In this document: piece after piece, positions 12,994 to 25,545 of the stretch
Position numbering within the stretch: position 1 is the stretch's first letter
Layout: each line of letters opens with the position of its first letter
NCBI GenBank assembly: GCA_964016885.1
Contig: OZ024742.1
Coordinates: 194,432,001 to 194,496,000 of the forward strand
Length of the DNA stretch: 64,000 bases
DNA from: Eledone cirrhosa
Lineage: Eukaryota
Reading direction: 5' to 3'
The notes under the pieces: generated by a model
Told to the model about the DNA's origin: nothing
Seen by the model: the letters and a program-made list of their open reading frames with translations, nothing else
The model's database searches: none
Position numbers and translations under genes: made by a program

Positions 12994-13952
12994 AACTAGA
13001 CATGAAAAATGCGCAAGCTCAAAAGTGCCACAGAATGTTATAATAAACCTTCAAAAGTGTGGGACTAGAGTTGTTGCTAAAAAATATTGTAATCATTATA
13101 TATCGTACATTCTGTGGCATCCTTTATAAAAATAGCTCAAACCAACGAAGCCTTTATTTTTACGCTATTTCACTTAGTTAATTCTTAGAGTGTAACATAT
13201 AAAAATATCATTTACAACTATAAAATAAATTAATTAATATAATAACAGAGCTGCGGAGCTGAAATTTAGGAAATAATGGAGTATCGGATCCTAAGTTGGA
13301 GCCAGTCAATTTTTGGCCGACTCCGCAGCCCTGTATAATACATTTCATATTAAAGTTATTAATAAACCTATTTTACACTTCATGCAAATTACCACGAGAT
13401 ATTGATATTAGATATAAGATACAGCGCAATATCTACAGCTGTAAAAGTACGAAAGCGAAGTAATAATAAGTGGCTTAAGGTAATTCCAATATGAAAGTTT
13501 GTAGTGATAAAAATTTGATAATGCAATACGATTGTTAATATTATAGTTCTATGAAAATGTAACAATAGATAACTAAATTATTTTACTATTAGTATATTTA
13601 AGAAATTATCATTATAGATTTGATCGTTCATATAAGCATCATATTAAGTTTCAACACAATTATTTTGTTACTATGAGTATATGATAATAATATTACGTAA
13701 TTATTTATAGCTGTTATTACATTAAACATAGATGTATTTATTTTTATATGTTACACTCTAAGAATTAACTAAGTGAAATAGCGTAAAAATAAAGGCTTCG
13801 TTGGTTTAAGCTATTTTTATAAAGGATGCCACAGAATGTACGATATATAATGATTACAATATTTTTTAGCAACAACTCTAGTCCCACACTTTTGAAGGTT
13901 TATTATAACATTCTGTGGCACTTTTGAGCTTGCGCATTTTTCATGTCTAGTT
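12994..13952. repeat. Long inverted repeat: 214-bp arms (12994-13207 / 13739-13952), ~530-bp spacer
   Basis: aactagacatgaaaaatgcgcaagctc... mirrored by ...gagcttgcgcatttttcatgtctagtt; one mismatch seen (gctcaaacc vs ggtttaagc). Confidence 0.93.
13246..13333. mobile_element. 88-bp MITE, hAT-like
   Basis: Termini cagagctgcggag / ctccgcagccctg; flanks tataataa / tataatac form a 7/8-matching 8-bp TSD. Confidence 0.6.
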
Positions 13953-14504
13953 TAATATTTTTTTAAGGCAACGCTTGTAATAACTCTAGTTAAACAGGAT
14001 ATATATTAATAATAAATTATCGTTGTAATGTAATTAGATTATGTAATTGTTATTATAAATTATCTTATAAATATTAGTGTAAGATGTATAAAAATATTTT
14101 CAGACTTTTAATATAAACAAGTACAAAAAACAATCAATATTAAATCAATATATTATACATAATAGAAAACATAAAATATACAATACAAAAACAAAATATT
14201 TACATACAATTGCAATTATCAGTGTATATACATTTTCTTTATATTCCCTGAGCAAATTAATAAGATTTGTTTTTATTGTACATAATTTGATGACTTGTTG
14301 GAGTGTATTAAAAGATAGCAACAATTTGTGATTAAATTGTTATCTTAAGCAACTCACTTTTTAATAGTTGTTGGCTGAGCGAAATTGTAAAAGCCTATGA
14401 GCAAATATAAAAAAAAATACACAAACAACATTTCCTTGTGTTATTACAACATTAGATAAAATAATTGAGCAATGTCGTTATATTTTGCTCTTATTGCACA
14501 TTAA

Positions 14505-14672
14505 TAGTGTTTCTATTTTTCGGCACAAATCCATTACGGCAGTCCATTACTGGTACTTTATTTTATCGAATTAGTAAGTATGAAAGTCGAAGTTAACCTC
14601 GGCAGGATTTGAACTTAGAATGCAAAGGACCATAACAATACTGCAAAGCATGGTGTCTGACGCTCTACCAAT
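14505..14672 (-). mobile_element. SINE main family, diverged copy
   Basis: cattactggtactttattttatcga...gttaacctcggcaggatttgaact...gcaaagcatggtgtctgacgctctacc. Confidence 0.8.
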
Positions 14673-15068
14673 ACTTGTGTTGAGCTGGTCATTAATGTAT
14701 GGTGGTCGTGCGTGGAGTAGAGCAATCGCTAGTTGAAATATTATGAACAAAACATTTTTATTTGCCGAAGAACATATTTTCAATACTGTTTGTGAATGTG
14801 ACGAAGGAAATACATTCTGATATGGAACAGTGTACAAAGTGTGTCTGTGAATAACATAATGTTACCTCATGTTGTTGTCAAGACATAATGGATTTCGTAT
14901 ATCCAGTTAGAAGATGAAACCTAGCCATCTCGGATTAGTTATATTTCATGCCATGTGTAAACGTGTTTGAGGATAGCAAAATATGCGCGTTAATTATAAT
15001 AATTAGTTAATAATATTACAAAATATACCTAATTAAACTCTTTGCTTGAAATTTTATCATTCTTCGTT

Positions 15069-15107
<39 letters not shown>

Positions 15108-15504
15108 GGAGAGAGATTTATCTAGTCCTTCGCTCAAGATTAATCTATAAGTTTAGATGTTTGCCTTCGTTTAAGTAAATATTACAGTAAGATTTTTAAT
15201 ATAAACAACTACAAAAAACAATTAATATTAAAACTATCAATGATAAAATTATCAATGATAAAAAATTATCAATGATAAAAGAAGCGGATGCAACTTTTTT
15301 TTTTATAAAGTTATATTCCTGTTTCTTTAAAGAACATTTCATTTTTGTTCTATTGTAGGCGAAATAATGCAATGGTTTAATAGGGAAGATATAACTTACG
15401 AATTATGTCTCTAACCGTTTAACGCTTTTTAAGTAGATAACTACAATTGAAAATACTAAAGAAATGGCACCAACAATTCAATTTGAAAGTCGTCTAGTGA
15501 CAGT

Positions 15505-15552
15505 GTATTACTGGTACTTTATTTTATCGACCCCGTAACGATGAAAGGCAAA
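15505..15552 (-). mobile_element. SINE central-domain fragment
   Basis: ttactggtactttattttatcgaccccgtaacgatgaaaggcaaa. Confidence 0.75.
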
Positions 15553-16969
15553 AATGCAAATGCTTAAAATTTAAATTGCCTTAATTCTATCGTCTGCTGT
15601 TTCATTAAAGGGAGATTCTCGTCTGTATTTAATTCTATCGTCTACTGTTCCACTAAACAGATATACCTCCACTATCGTCTCTATTTATACATTTTAACTT
15701 ATAACTTATACACATTTGATTTGAAATATTTTATCTAGTCCCCCCTCTCAATATTATGATGATTTCTTTCGAATGAAACAGTTCTAGTCCTGTAGAAACC
15801 ATTTATATATATAATTGAACTGAGTTAAAAATTCACAATATTTATAATTAAATAAGCTCATATATATATGTGTGTATTTATCTGTTTATTGTATTATATA
15901 TAATGTGTGTATATACAGGATGTCCCCCAAAAATATATACACACTTCAACAGCATTCTAATAACTATTGCCTGTACAGGTAATCAAAGTGTCAATCGAAT
16001 GTTAGTTTCGTGTTTTAACAGTACAAATTTACAATACACACATAAAACCAGTGTATATACATACATGAGTGTGTATACACATACATGAATGTGTATATAC
16101 AATATATATGTATATATATATAGACACATATATTCACGGTGCAACGGTACATTAAAATATAGATGCGGGAGAGGGGGGGTGTATATATAGGGGCGCTGGG
16201 GATAAAGGAGTGTAAAGCGTGTGTAATTGATATATTGAAGGAGAGGAGCGTGCAGCGATAGAGTAACAAATATATAGAGAGGGGGAGAGATGGTATTGAA
16301 GGGGAGGAGTGCAAAGCGAAAGAGTAAGAGATATATATAGAGACGGAACAGATAGAGAGAAACAGGCGTAAGTAACAGTGGAAGAGATATAGAGAGAGGT
16401 ACTCTGATTGGTTGAAAATTAGCCAATGACATACGATCACCACCACCACGGCTATCCCCGAAAAATTTTTATAGAAGCTAGGCATATATGTTAGAACACG
16501 AAAAGTGAACATTCTGTTGTTTCACACTTTTCGTGTTCTAACAGATAGATAACGCTACAGTAAAACGATGGTATATTATCTTAACGCTTGTTATGGGATG
16601 TCATGTGCTGTTAGTTATTAAACGCCACTGAACACTGAATTAAACGCCGACCTGAGGAGCATCCATGCTTGGGACTGACTGTATATTTTGTATTTTTTCT
16701 TTAACATATTTTTGCTTGATATGTTCTTAGTCTTATTTGTAATCTACTTAATATTGCACCTAAATGATATTTTGAATAATAATGCACTGCAAAGTATGAA
16801 TTATAGCATGTATAAAGCATATATGACATGATGTATGATATAATATGATTGAAATGCTATTTCAATCCTTATATATCTATCTATCTATATAACGAAGGAG
16901 TTGTGGTAATGAACCAGATGGACCATAACGCACCAGAGTACTCAATACTTAGGGTAGTAGAGTGGGTAA

Positions 16970-17057
16970 TAGGAAAAGGTATGACCCGACGGCAGAGCTC
17001 AAGCCGTTTCGACGGGTCGAAACGGTTTGAGCTCTGCCGTCGGGGTCATACTTTTTC

Positions 17058-17060
<3 letters not shown>
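16970..17060. repeat. ~44-bp-arm hairpin with 2-nt loop
   Basis: taggaaaaggtatgacccgacggcagagctcaagccgtttcgac GG gtcgaaacggtttgagctctgccgtcggggtcatactttttccta. Confidence 0.92.
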
Positions 17061-17095
<35 letters not shown>

Positions 17096-17096
<1 letters not shown>

Positions 17097-17391
17097 GGTG
17101 GGAGAATGAAGCGAAAATGGCCCGAGTGATTGGGCCTTCTCTGTTTATAAGCCTGTAGGTTGAGGAAGAGAGCAAAAGGAATAAAGGAGCACTTGCACAA
17201 CACGCTCCTCGAGTTGAGGGTTGTTCTATCGACGGGGTATTAAACAACCCATTTGTGGCGCCTCCCCCCTATTGGGGATTTCGATTGTTGAAATTGTTTG
17301 TTTTTATATTTTTTACACGACTGTATGTAAAATCCCCGGCATGTCTTTATATTGTCCCCTTTCTTGTTGCGCCCTTGTGGCTAATAAAGAA
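17096..17391 (+). mobile_element. 5'-truncated Tx1-family fragment (end of ORF2 plus 3' UTR) embedded in (TATC)n
   Basis: gaagcgaaaatggcccgagtgattgggcct matches the ORF2 end of copy 1 (gaagcaagaatggcccgagtgaatgggcct); ccccctattgggg hairpin; cccttgtggctaataaagaaatc terminus; (TATC)n on both sides. Confidence 0.8.
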
Positions 17392-17415
17392 ATCTATCTA
17401 TCTATCTATCTATCT

Positions 17416-17487
<72 letters not shown>

Positions 17488-17490
<3 letters not shown>

Positions 17491-17720
17491 AAAGAATAGA
17501 GGTGTAACACACAAGTTATTATATATTGGTAAACGTAATAGAAAATGCTGACAAATTGTTCTAGTGAAAAATAGTTTAATTAGGAATAAGTGAGAATTAG
17601 TAATTGTATTAGTTAGTATTCAGTTTTGGTTTTAAGTTTTACCGGTTGCGCATTTCGAAATGGTTTTCAAAAATAATTTTGAGATAGAGCGTACGTGATG
17701 TTTGCTCTGATCTCTGATGA
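17488..17720 (+). repeat. Unclassified interspersed repeat (related copies at 18960-19085 inverted and 40465-40700)
   Basis: Shared tagtttaattaggaataagt...tttcaaaaataattttgagatagag...tttgctct(g/a)atct; copies abut (TA)n. Confidence 0.75.
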
Positions 17721-17772
17721 AACAACTTTCCTGAATTGATATATATATGCATCTATCTTTCTATTTCGCCAC

Positions 17773-17848
<76 letters not shown>

Positions 17849-17850
<2 letters not shown>

Positions 17851-17892
17851 TGAAACACTAGTAACTAACTAGTTAGTTACTAGTGTTTCAGT
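17849..17892. repeat. Perfect 44-bp palindrome without loop
   Basis: actgaaacactagtaactaact|agttagttactagtgtttcagt. Confidence 0.95.
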
Positions 17893-18114
17893 TGTTTAGA
17901 ACAATGACTGTACTTTGCTTTATCGCGATGGATGAACAACAAAACTGACCATTCTTTATCTTTGTCTCTTGTTCACCAGAACAAGTTACTCTGTTGGGTG
18001 TATATTTTCTATACCCTGTAATATCAACAGAATTGTGTTTTTTCACAAAAAGGTGTTCTGTCTCTTATATGTTCCATGTGCCATTACCAACCTCAATTTT
18101 CTCTCTCTCTCTAT

Positions 18115-18290
<176 letters not shown>

Positions 18291-18885
18291 GGCGAAATAG
18301 AAAGATAGATGCATAAATTCTGGCGTCGCTGTTATCCGGCAAATGTGATACCAGGTGACAATCTAGACGTTTTGCTTTCATTGTTGCAAACGCCTATCGT
18401 AGTTGTTTATGTGGTGGTTTCAAACATAGAGAGAGACACACACTTCATCCTCATTTTAATTTTTCAGCTTACTTCTTTACAGTTTCTCAAGGCATTCTTG
18501 AAGTATGGATTTTATCCGAGTGCAAATGTGTGTGTCTGTGTATGAGTGTGTGTGGTGTGTCTGTGTGTGTGTGGGGGGGGGGGGGGGGTACTAATGAACT
18601 TTAATGGCGGGATAGCTTTGTATTTATTTGCAAAAAATTCACATAAACGGAATGCTTGTCATTTTAACCAGTTTTATTAGGTTTTAATTGCTGATTAACC
18701 AGGATAATTAATGTGAAAGATATCTTAGATATTCAGAGAAACTTCACGTAGAAACCAATACATTTGGCTGCTTTATAATAAGCTCTGACGTTTCCTTCAG
18801 GCTGAAAGTTCTGTAGAGAATAGAATATTCTGGAGAGATGCCAGCATTCATTAGTTGCAAGCATAGTTGTAGTGAATAGTGTCTC

Positions 18886-18937
<52 letters not shown>

Positions 18938-19294
18938 TAAATATATATATATATATATACAGATTAGAGCAAACATGACGGGCGCTCTATCTCAAAATTA
19001 TTTTTGAATTTTTACTTATTCCTAATTAAACTATTTTTCACTGGGAACAATTTGTCAGCATTTTCTTTTCCTTTTGCCAATATATATATATATATATATA
19101 CGACTGGCATCTACGCAGTTACCGCGAACCCAATTTCACTCATAAGGCATTGGTCCACTCTCGATTTAGTAAAAGACACTCGCCTGGGACGTCACCTGAA
19201 AGGTACTGAACAGAGACCAAATTCTGCGTTTAAATTGAAACAAATCTTTTCATTTTGTTTTTACGTGTATATATCTTTGTATATTGGATAATGA

Positions 19295-19481
19295 TTATTT
19301 CTACATTTGGCACAAACCCAACAATTATCGCTGTGAATTACTGGTGCTTTATTTCATCGACCCCGTAAGCGTGAAAGGCAAAGTTAACTTCGGCGGGATT
19401 TGAACTCAGACTGTAAAGGGCCGTAAATCCATGCTTCAAAGCATGGCGTCCGGCCGTCTACCGATACTGCCAATCCACCGT
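19295..19481 (-). mobile_element. SINE main family
   Basis: Homologous to 11739-11921 along its length. Confidence 0.88.
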
Positions 19482-19934
19482 CATACATATTGGATAATAT
19501 CTGTATTTGTAGGTCTGTCTTCGTGTGTCCCTATTTGGGGAACTGTGGGTATGTGTTTGCGTATTTGTGAGCGATTTGGAATAAATTTATTTTTCTACAA
19601 TGTGCTTTCGTCTGGATTGACTTTCATTTTCACGTAGTCGATTAACAAAGAAGCAATCAAATGATAGTGCTTTGGCAGAATTGTTAGAGAGCCGCATGGG
19701 AGTATTTGGGGTATTTGACACGACTGCGTATATTCTGATTTCCAATATTTCACATCTTTTGACATATATTTATTCAGTATCCAGTGCATGTGCTGAGTGC
19801 GTTTTATATATATATGCATGTATATACATGTACACATATTGCCAATTCTACTACCGTGAGTACTCTGGTGCGTTATGGTCCACCTGGTATCTTACAACAC
19901 CCACTTTGTTGTATATATATATATATATATATAG

Positions 19935-20115
19935 ATGAAGCACTCCTGCAGGTTCTTCCGTGAAATTAACATGCAAGTTGCTGAGCATAGAATTCCAGAG
20001 CGTGATACGAAATGTGAATTAAAGGTACAACTCATTTTTGCCAGCTGAGCTGCGAGAAATAAAGTGTCTTGTTCAAGAACCCAACGCACCGCCGGAAATC
20101 GAACTCAAGACATTA
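19935..20115 (-). mobile_element. Second tRNA-derived SINE family, partial
   Basis: Minus strand B-box-like gagttcgatttccgg followed by gttcttgaacaagacactttatttc, a typical SINE head-body arrangement. Confidence 0.55.
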
Positions 20116-20343
20116 CTCTTGTCATTTCTGCGTTCCAATACACACATCCTTCTTCTCTTTCAATGTTTTCTTTATTTCATCTACCTGTCACTTTTGGGGT
20201 TTTTTTCTTTTGCGTCATCGTTGTCTTTGAAAACATTTAGTTGTGTCAATGACTATTCTAGCGATGGGTTTCATCATTTTTTAATATGTATTCAAATACA
20301 TTTTCACTTCGACTTGTTCAGAGACAACATTGTTTTTTTGTTT

Positions 20344-20409
<66 letters not shown>

Positions 20410-20551
20410 ATATTTTGAGAGGGTCATGTTGCCAATAAGAAACACGCGCACCAGTTGCTTTCACTTCAATTTATTATAATAAATTTATAAATTTAGGAAT
20501 TTATAAATTTCCGGTTTGTTGGTTCCACAACCAGATGGTTGTTTATATATT

Positions 20552-20594
20552 ATCAAAGTCCTTTCGTCAGACATTCTGTGACCTCTTCAGTGAC
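20552..20594 (-). ncRNA. Degenerate minimal type-I hammerhead ribozyme in Penelope repeat (left copy)
   Basis: Minus strand gtca CTGAAGA ggtcacagaatgtctgac GAAA ggac tt tgat. Confidence 0.55.
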
Positions 20595-20829
20595 TGGGGA
20601 TTCTTTTCTTTGTTTTTTGTGCCTCTCCTTTGTTCTGTCCTACGCCATCTTGTTTCTGTGTGTGTGTTGTGTGCTCAGTCTGCGCGTGCGCCACATCCGG
20701 GTGTCTGTGTGCGTTTATATTCGTTTATTTATTTGTTTATTTATATGTTACAGGTTGGTTGTTTGTTCTATGTACGTGTGTATTTTCATTTTGTCCTTAA
20801 ATGTAAGTTGTGATGTTGCTGTTCCACTC

Positions 20830-23800
20830 ATGTTTTCTATTTAATTTTGGTTGTAATTCTTTTATGTTTATTGCATCTGTGATTTGTCTAAACATTGCGT
20901 ATTTTCTGTGTGTAGATTCTATTTTTATTTCTATGTTCTCTAATTTAGCCTTATGCTCTATTTTAGCATGTTGGTAGAGTACAGATGATTCTTTACTATC
21001 TTGAAGGTCTCGTCAGTGTTCATTTATCCGTTCCCCTACACTACAAGCTGTCTCACTATATTTTTGTCTCTACATTGTCCTACAGTACATCTTATGCTAT
21101 ATACTATATTTCTAGTTTTACAGTTAATATGGGGGCTTAATTTACAGGTTATACATTTCTTATCTATACAGGGGGGTCTTTGAAAAGGGTATGTCTTGCT
21201 AATAAGTGTTTTTACGGAGGTACCTGGTCTTTCTACTATCTTAATATTGAGTTTATGTTTATCTAGGGCCCTTCTAAATTTGTAAGCTAATTCACCTCTA
21301 GGGGTTGTATCGATGAACATTACACTCTGGTATTTATTGCTATCATACCATGAGTTTATTCTATTAGCCTTATTCCTAGTTCTTTCTATTCTATTCCAAA
21401 ATTTGCTCCTATACAAGGGGCAGGTCCCATTTGTGTCATTATTTAACATTTTTTCCCATTTGGTTCTGGCTCCTCTATACACTCTGATTTTTCTCTCTGA
21501 TTGTAACCAGAGAACTGCATACGGTGGATCAAGTGTTGTATGTGTCTCTCTAGTTCTTCAGGATTGCACATGCGGGACACGTTTCTCATCACCCGTACCA
21601 AATCCGCAATCAGTATGTTGATTTTGGTATGGTCCGAAACAGCTGAGTTTCGGTGGATTAGATATTTGGAAGTCATGGGTTTGGCATAATGGGATGGAGG
21701 ATTTGTTTTTTGTTATTAATTGTTTCTACTTTAGGCACAAGGCCAGCAACTACCCAGTGCCTCACTGGTACTTTATTTTATCGACCCCGTAAGGATGAAA
21801 GGCAAAGTCAACCTCGGCGGGATTTGAACTCAGATCGTAAAGGGACGTAACTATGCTAGAAAGCATGGCGTCCGACCCTCTACCGATACTAGCTCTGTGT
21901 CTAGTACAGGTAATCGATGGTTGGGGTGTTTACTTGGGTAGTCTATAGTAACTCTAATACTCTGGTGTATGGAGTTAGCTATTTGCTGGATGCTTTCCAT
22001 TGTGTTTTTCTCTAATTCCTGACTATTCTCTAGTGGGGGTGTTTTAACTACGATGTTTATATCATCAACGTAGCCGGAGTACATTATCAGGGTTAAGGGG
22101 TCTTCTAATTGTTCTTTAAGTTTAAGTTTAAGTCTACTGTCCCACCATACCATGTATAAGTTAGCTATATCGCCTGCAATGCTAACACCAATGGCTGCTC
22201 CTTCCTCTTGGGCATATGTATTTCCATTAAATTTGAACATATGTTTCTTAAGGGTTAATTTTATGCTGGCCCCCACCGCATGTGCAATCATTTTTTTAGT
22301 TCATCGTGGTTTTCCGGTGTCCGTATGCCTCTGGTCCATCTATCTGTGTGGGTTTTCTTGGCCATTGAGGTAATAGTAGGTGGTCTGCCCCCTTGCTGGT
22401 CTTGTAGGGCACAGGTTGCTAAGGTCATATGTGTCTAGGTAATTATTACTATAGGTAAGTTTAAATAGGAGTCTCAGTCTCACTGGTATCAATCCCACGG
22501 AACTCAACATTGCTCTCACTGATCATTTCTACGCATTTCTCCACAGCAAAATCCACGTCAATAGATGGATATAGGGACACAACATCCATACTACCTATTA
22601 TGCAGTTTGTTAGGTCCCTAGATCAGTTACTCTCGCCGAGTCTGCTGAGGAGGTCCTCCTTGCTGTCACATACATCTGGGGACATTTCAATGATAGGGCG
22701 TATGATCAGGGAGAGGAGTAGGACAGTCTGTTGTTACTAGCAATGTTAGCTCCACAGACTGGCCGTGTTGGTGGTCCCGTGACAGGGTCACTGCCCGTTT
22801 TATGGTCTTTTCGAAGCCCATACAACGCTGGCACGTCATTGTTCCAGGCCTGCAAGTTGTTGGTAGTCCTTTTGTTGGGCTGCATTATATTTGTCCACAT
22901 CACCATATGGGCATTGAGGGCCTTTTCTCTATCATCATGCTCTTGTGGTTTTACTTCTCTTGTGTTAGTGATGTGGGGTTGCATTGCCTGGATGTAGTTT
23001 GGCAGATTGTCAACCGACATTCTGCCAGACTTGTCTGTTGGAAAGCATGCTATCTCTCCATTACGCGAGCGCTGCATGAGCTTACGCAAGCCATTTGCAG
23101 ATTTTTCTCCCAGTTCCTGGACCTCCATTCTATTATGCTTCTTGCTATACTGTTCTATAATATTTCTAAGTTTAGATCTAGCTATACTAAATTGTACTTC
23201 TGTTTGTTCATCGACCTGCGACGGCAATTGCGTGCGTTTGTTAAAAGGTAAAGTCGTGGCGTGGACTCGTCGCAGGTCGAACGACTTATCGGAGGGATTA
23301 TAACAAGTAGAGTTCTAGGCTGCTGCTTTATGTGTACTAGTGCTATTGTTATTGTTAGTTGTGTTGTTTCTATATCTATTTCCACCAACAGCCTCATGGT
23401 TGTTTCTATGTCTCCCATTATTACTCCTGTCTCTTTGCTCTGGCTCGTTCTTATTATATACTCTATTGTGTGTGTCTGTGTGTTCATCTTGGTTATTTTC
23501 TCTGTCCATAGTCTCCCTTCTCCTTTCAATCCTATTACCTTCCCTTATTTCTGTGCTACTGCCATTACTTGTTTGCTGTGTCTGTGTGTTTGTTAAGATT
23601 GCGGTGGTGGTGGTGAGAGGGATTGAATGTGTGTGTGTTGTTGTTGTTGTTGTTGATGTGTGCTGTTGTTGATGTGTGTTGTTGTTGTTGTCTCCGTGTG
23701 TTATTATTGTTGTGTGTTTTGTTATTTTTGTTTGTGACTGCGTGTCTGTTGTTGTTGTTTCTGAGTATGTTATTATTGCTGATGTGTGTGTTGTTGTTAT

Positions 23801-24612
23801 TGTTGTCTGTGTCTGTGTGTATGTTGTTGTTGGGATGTGTGTTGTATATGTGTGTGCGTATGTTGTTACTTTTGTTTTTGTTTTTGTTTTTGAGGCTCCA
23901 ACATAATTTTGTAAATGATTTTTTTTATTTCTGACAAACAACTAATCATATTTACCTTCTTGAATGTCGCATACTTAGGTGGCAGTTGTAATACAGATAA
24001 TTCATCAGAGTCGACTATAGTGTTGCCGTATATATTTGTGTTGTTGTTGTTGTTGAACTCATCAGTTAATGAGATGACGGCCATATTTATACCGTCAATT
24101 TTGTCGGGATATCTATTGGTATTCTCTAAAGTATCTTGATTTAGTTTTATCTGTTTAAGCCACTTTAGTTTCTTGTTGAAGTGCTTATCACATTCTTGAA
24201 CAATGTACTGTTCTTCAAGACGTATAAGGCTTATAAATATTAGTTTTTCTCTTGGTGTGGTGATCTTAGTTATTTCTTGTATTAGGTTACGCTTATGTTT
24301 TTCTTGATGACTTAATTCTCTATAGATCTTTTTTATGTTCAGAATTAGTGTTCGTTTTAGCCTATCTGCTTGCTTTTTGGAAAGTTGTAATCTTCTTACA
24401 TCGGTGTTGATGGTGTTGGTGTAAACTCGGGACGAGGCGCATTCTTTTATGAAGTGTAGTTGTCGAGATATTCTTGTTTTTGGTAGACAACAGAACATGG
24501 TGGTTTTCAGTATCTTGTTAGCCTGGCTAAGGCTTACGATATTTCGTTTCTGAATTTGTTTAGCAAGATTATTTATCTGAAAACGTGTGTTGTTATACTT
24601 TGGGAGGGTCAT
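20830..24612 (-). pseudogene. Penelope ORF (N-terminal domain, T/Q-rich linker, RT, GIY-YIG), multiply frameshifted and interrupted by a SINE
   Basis: ATG at 24612 (MTLPKYNN); fragments 23866-24636, 23315-23941, 22706-23227, 21851-22291, 21443-21676, 21036-21482. Confidence 0.85.
21718..21891 (-). mobile_element. SINE main family inserted in the Penelope RT region
   Basis: Near-identical to 11739-11921; interrupts the Penelope frame; no clear TSD. Confidence 0.9.
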
Positions 24613-24740
24613 GTTGCCAATAATAAACACACGCACCAGTAGCTTTCACTTCAATTTATTATAATAAATTGATAAATTTAGGAATTTATAAATTTCCGTT
24701 TGGTTGGTTGGTTCCACAACCAGATGGTTGTTTATATATT

Positions 24741-24783
24741 GTCAAAGTTCTTTGGTCACACATTCTGTGGCCTCTTCAGTCAC
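24741..24783 (-). ncRNA. Degenerate minimal type-I hammerhead ribozyme in Penelope repeat (right copy)
   Basis: Minus strand gtga CTGAAGA ggccacagaatgtgtgacc AAA gaac tt tgac (G of GAAA lost). Confidence 0.5.
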
Positions 24784-25545
24784 TGGGGATTCTTTTCTTT
24801 GTTTTTTGTGCCTCTCCTTTGTTCTGTCCTACGCCATCTTGTTTCTGTGTGTGTGTGTTGTGTGCTCAGTCTGCGCATGCGCCACATCCGGGTGTCTGTG
24901 TGTGTTTATATTCGTTTATTTATTTGTTTATTTACATGTTTCAGGTTGGTTGTTTGTTCTATGTGCGTGTGTGTTTTCATTTTGTCCTTAATTGTAAGTT
25001 GTGATGTTGCTGTTCCACTCATGTTTTCTATTTAATTTTGGTTGTAATTCTTTTATGTTTATTGCCACTGTGATTTGTGTAAACATTGCGTATTTTCTGT
25101 GTGTAGATTCTATTTTTATTTCTATGTTCTCTAATTTACCCCTATGCTCTATTTTAGCATGTTGGTAGAGTACAGATGATTCTTTACTATCTTGAAGGTC
25201 TCGCCAGTGTTCATTTATCCGTTCCCCTACACTACGAGCTGTCTCACCTATGTACACCATATTTTTGTCTCTACATTGTCCTTCAGTACATCTTATGCTA
25301 TATGCTACATTGCTAGTTTTACAGTTAATATGGGGGCTTAATTTACAGGTTATACCTTTCTTATCTATACAGCGGGTCTTTGAAAAGGGTATGTCTTGCT
25401 AATAAGTGTTTTTACGGAGGTACCTGGTCTTTCTACTATCTTAATATTGAGTTTATGTTTATCCAGGGCCCTTCTAAATGTGTAAGCTAATTCACCTCTA
25501 GGAGTTGTATCGATGAACATTACACTCAAATTATTGGTGTAAAAA

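Larger units (their letters stand above)
20405..25527 (-). mobile_element. Penelope-like retroelement (RT + GIY-YIG) with partial-tandem direct repeats (pseudo-LTRs)
   Basis: Direct repeats 20405-21327 and 24590-25527; RT motifs LYGLRKDHK, PTRPVCG, YAQEEGAAIG..IAGDIANLYM, YVDDI; GIY-YIG VYIGETARSVGERINEH; left end abuts (TA)n. Confidence 0.92.

Noticed and set aside
15912-15950. Tc1/mariner TIR-like tacaggatgtcccccaaaaatatatacacac
   Set aside because: No partner TIR or transposase found
16489-16543. 19-bp-arm hairpin (and small palindromes near 6091-6114 and 30566-30598)
   Set aside because: Real but short; no context or second copy to support a function
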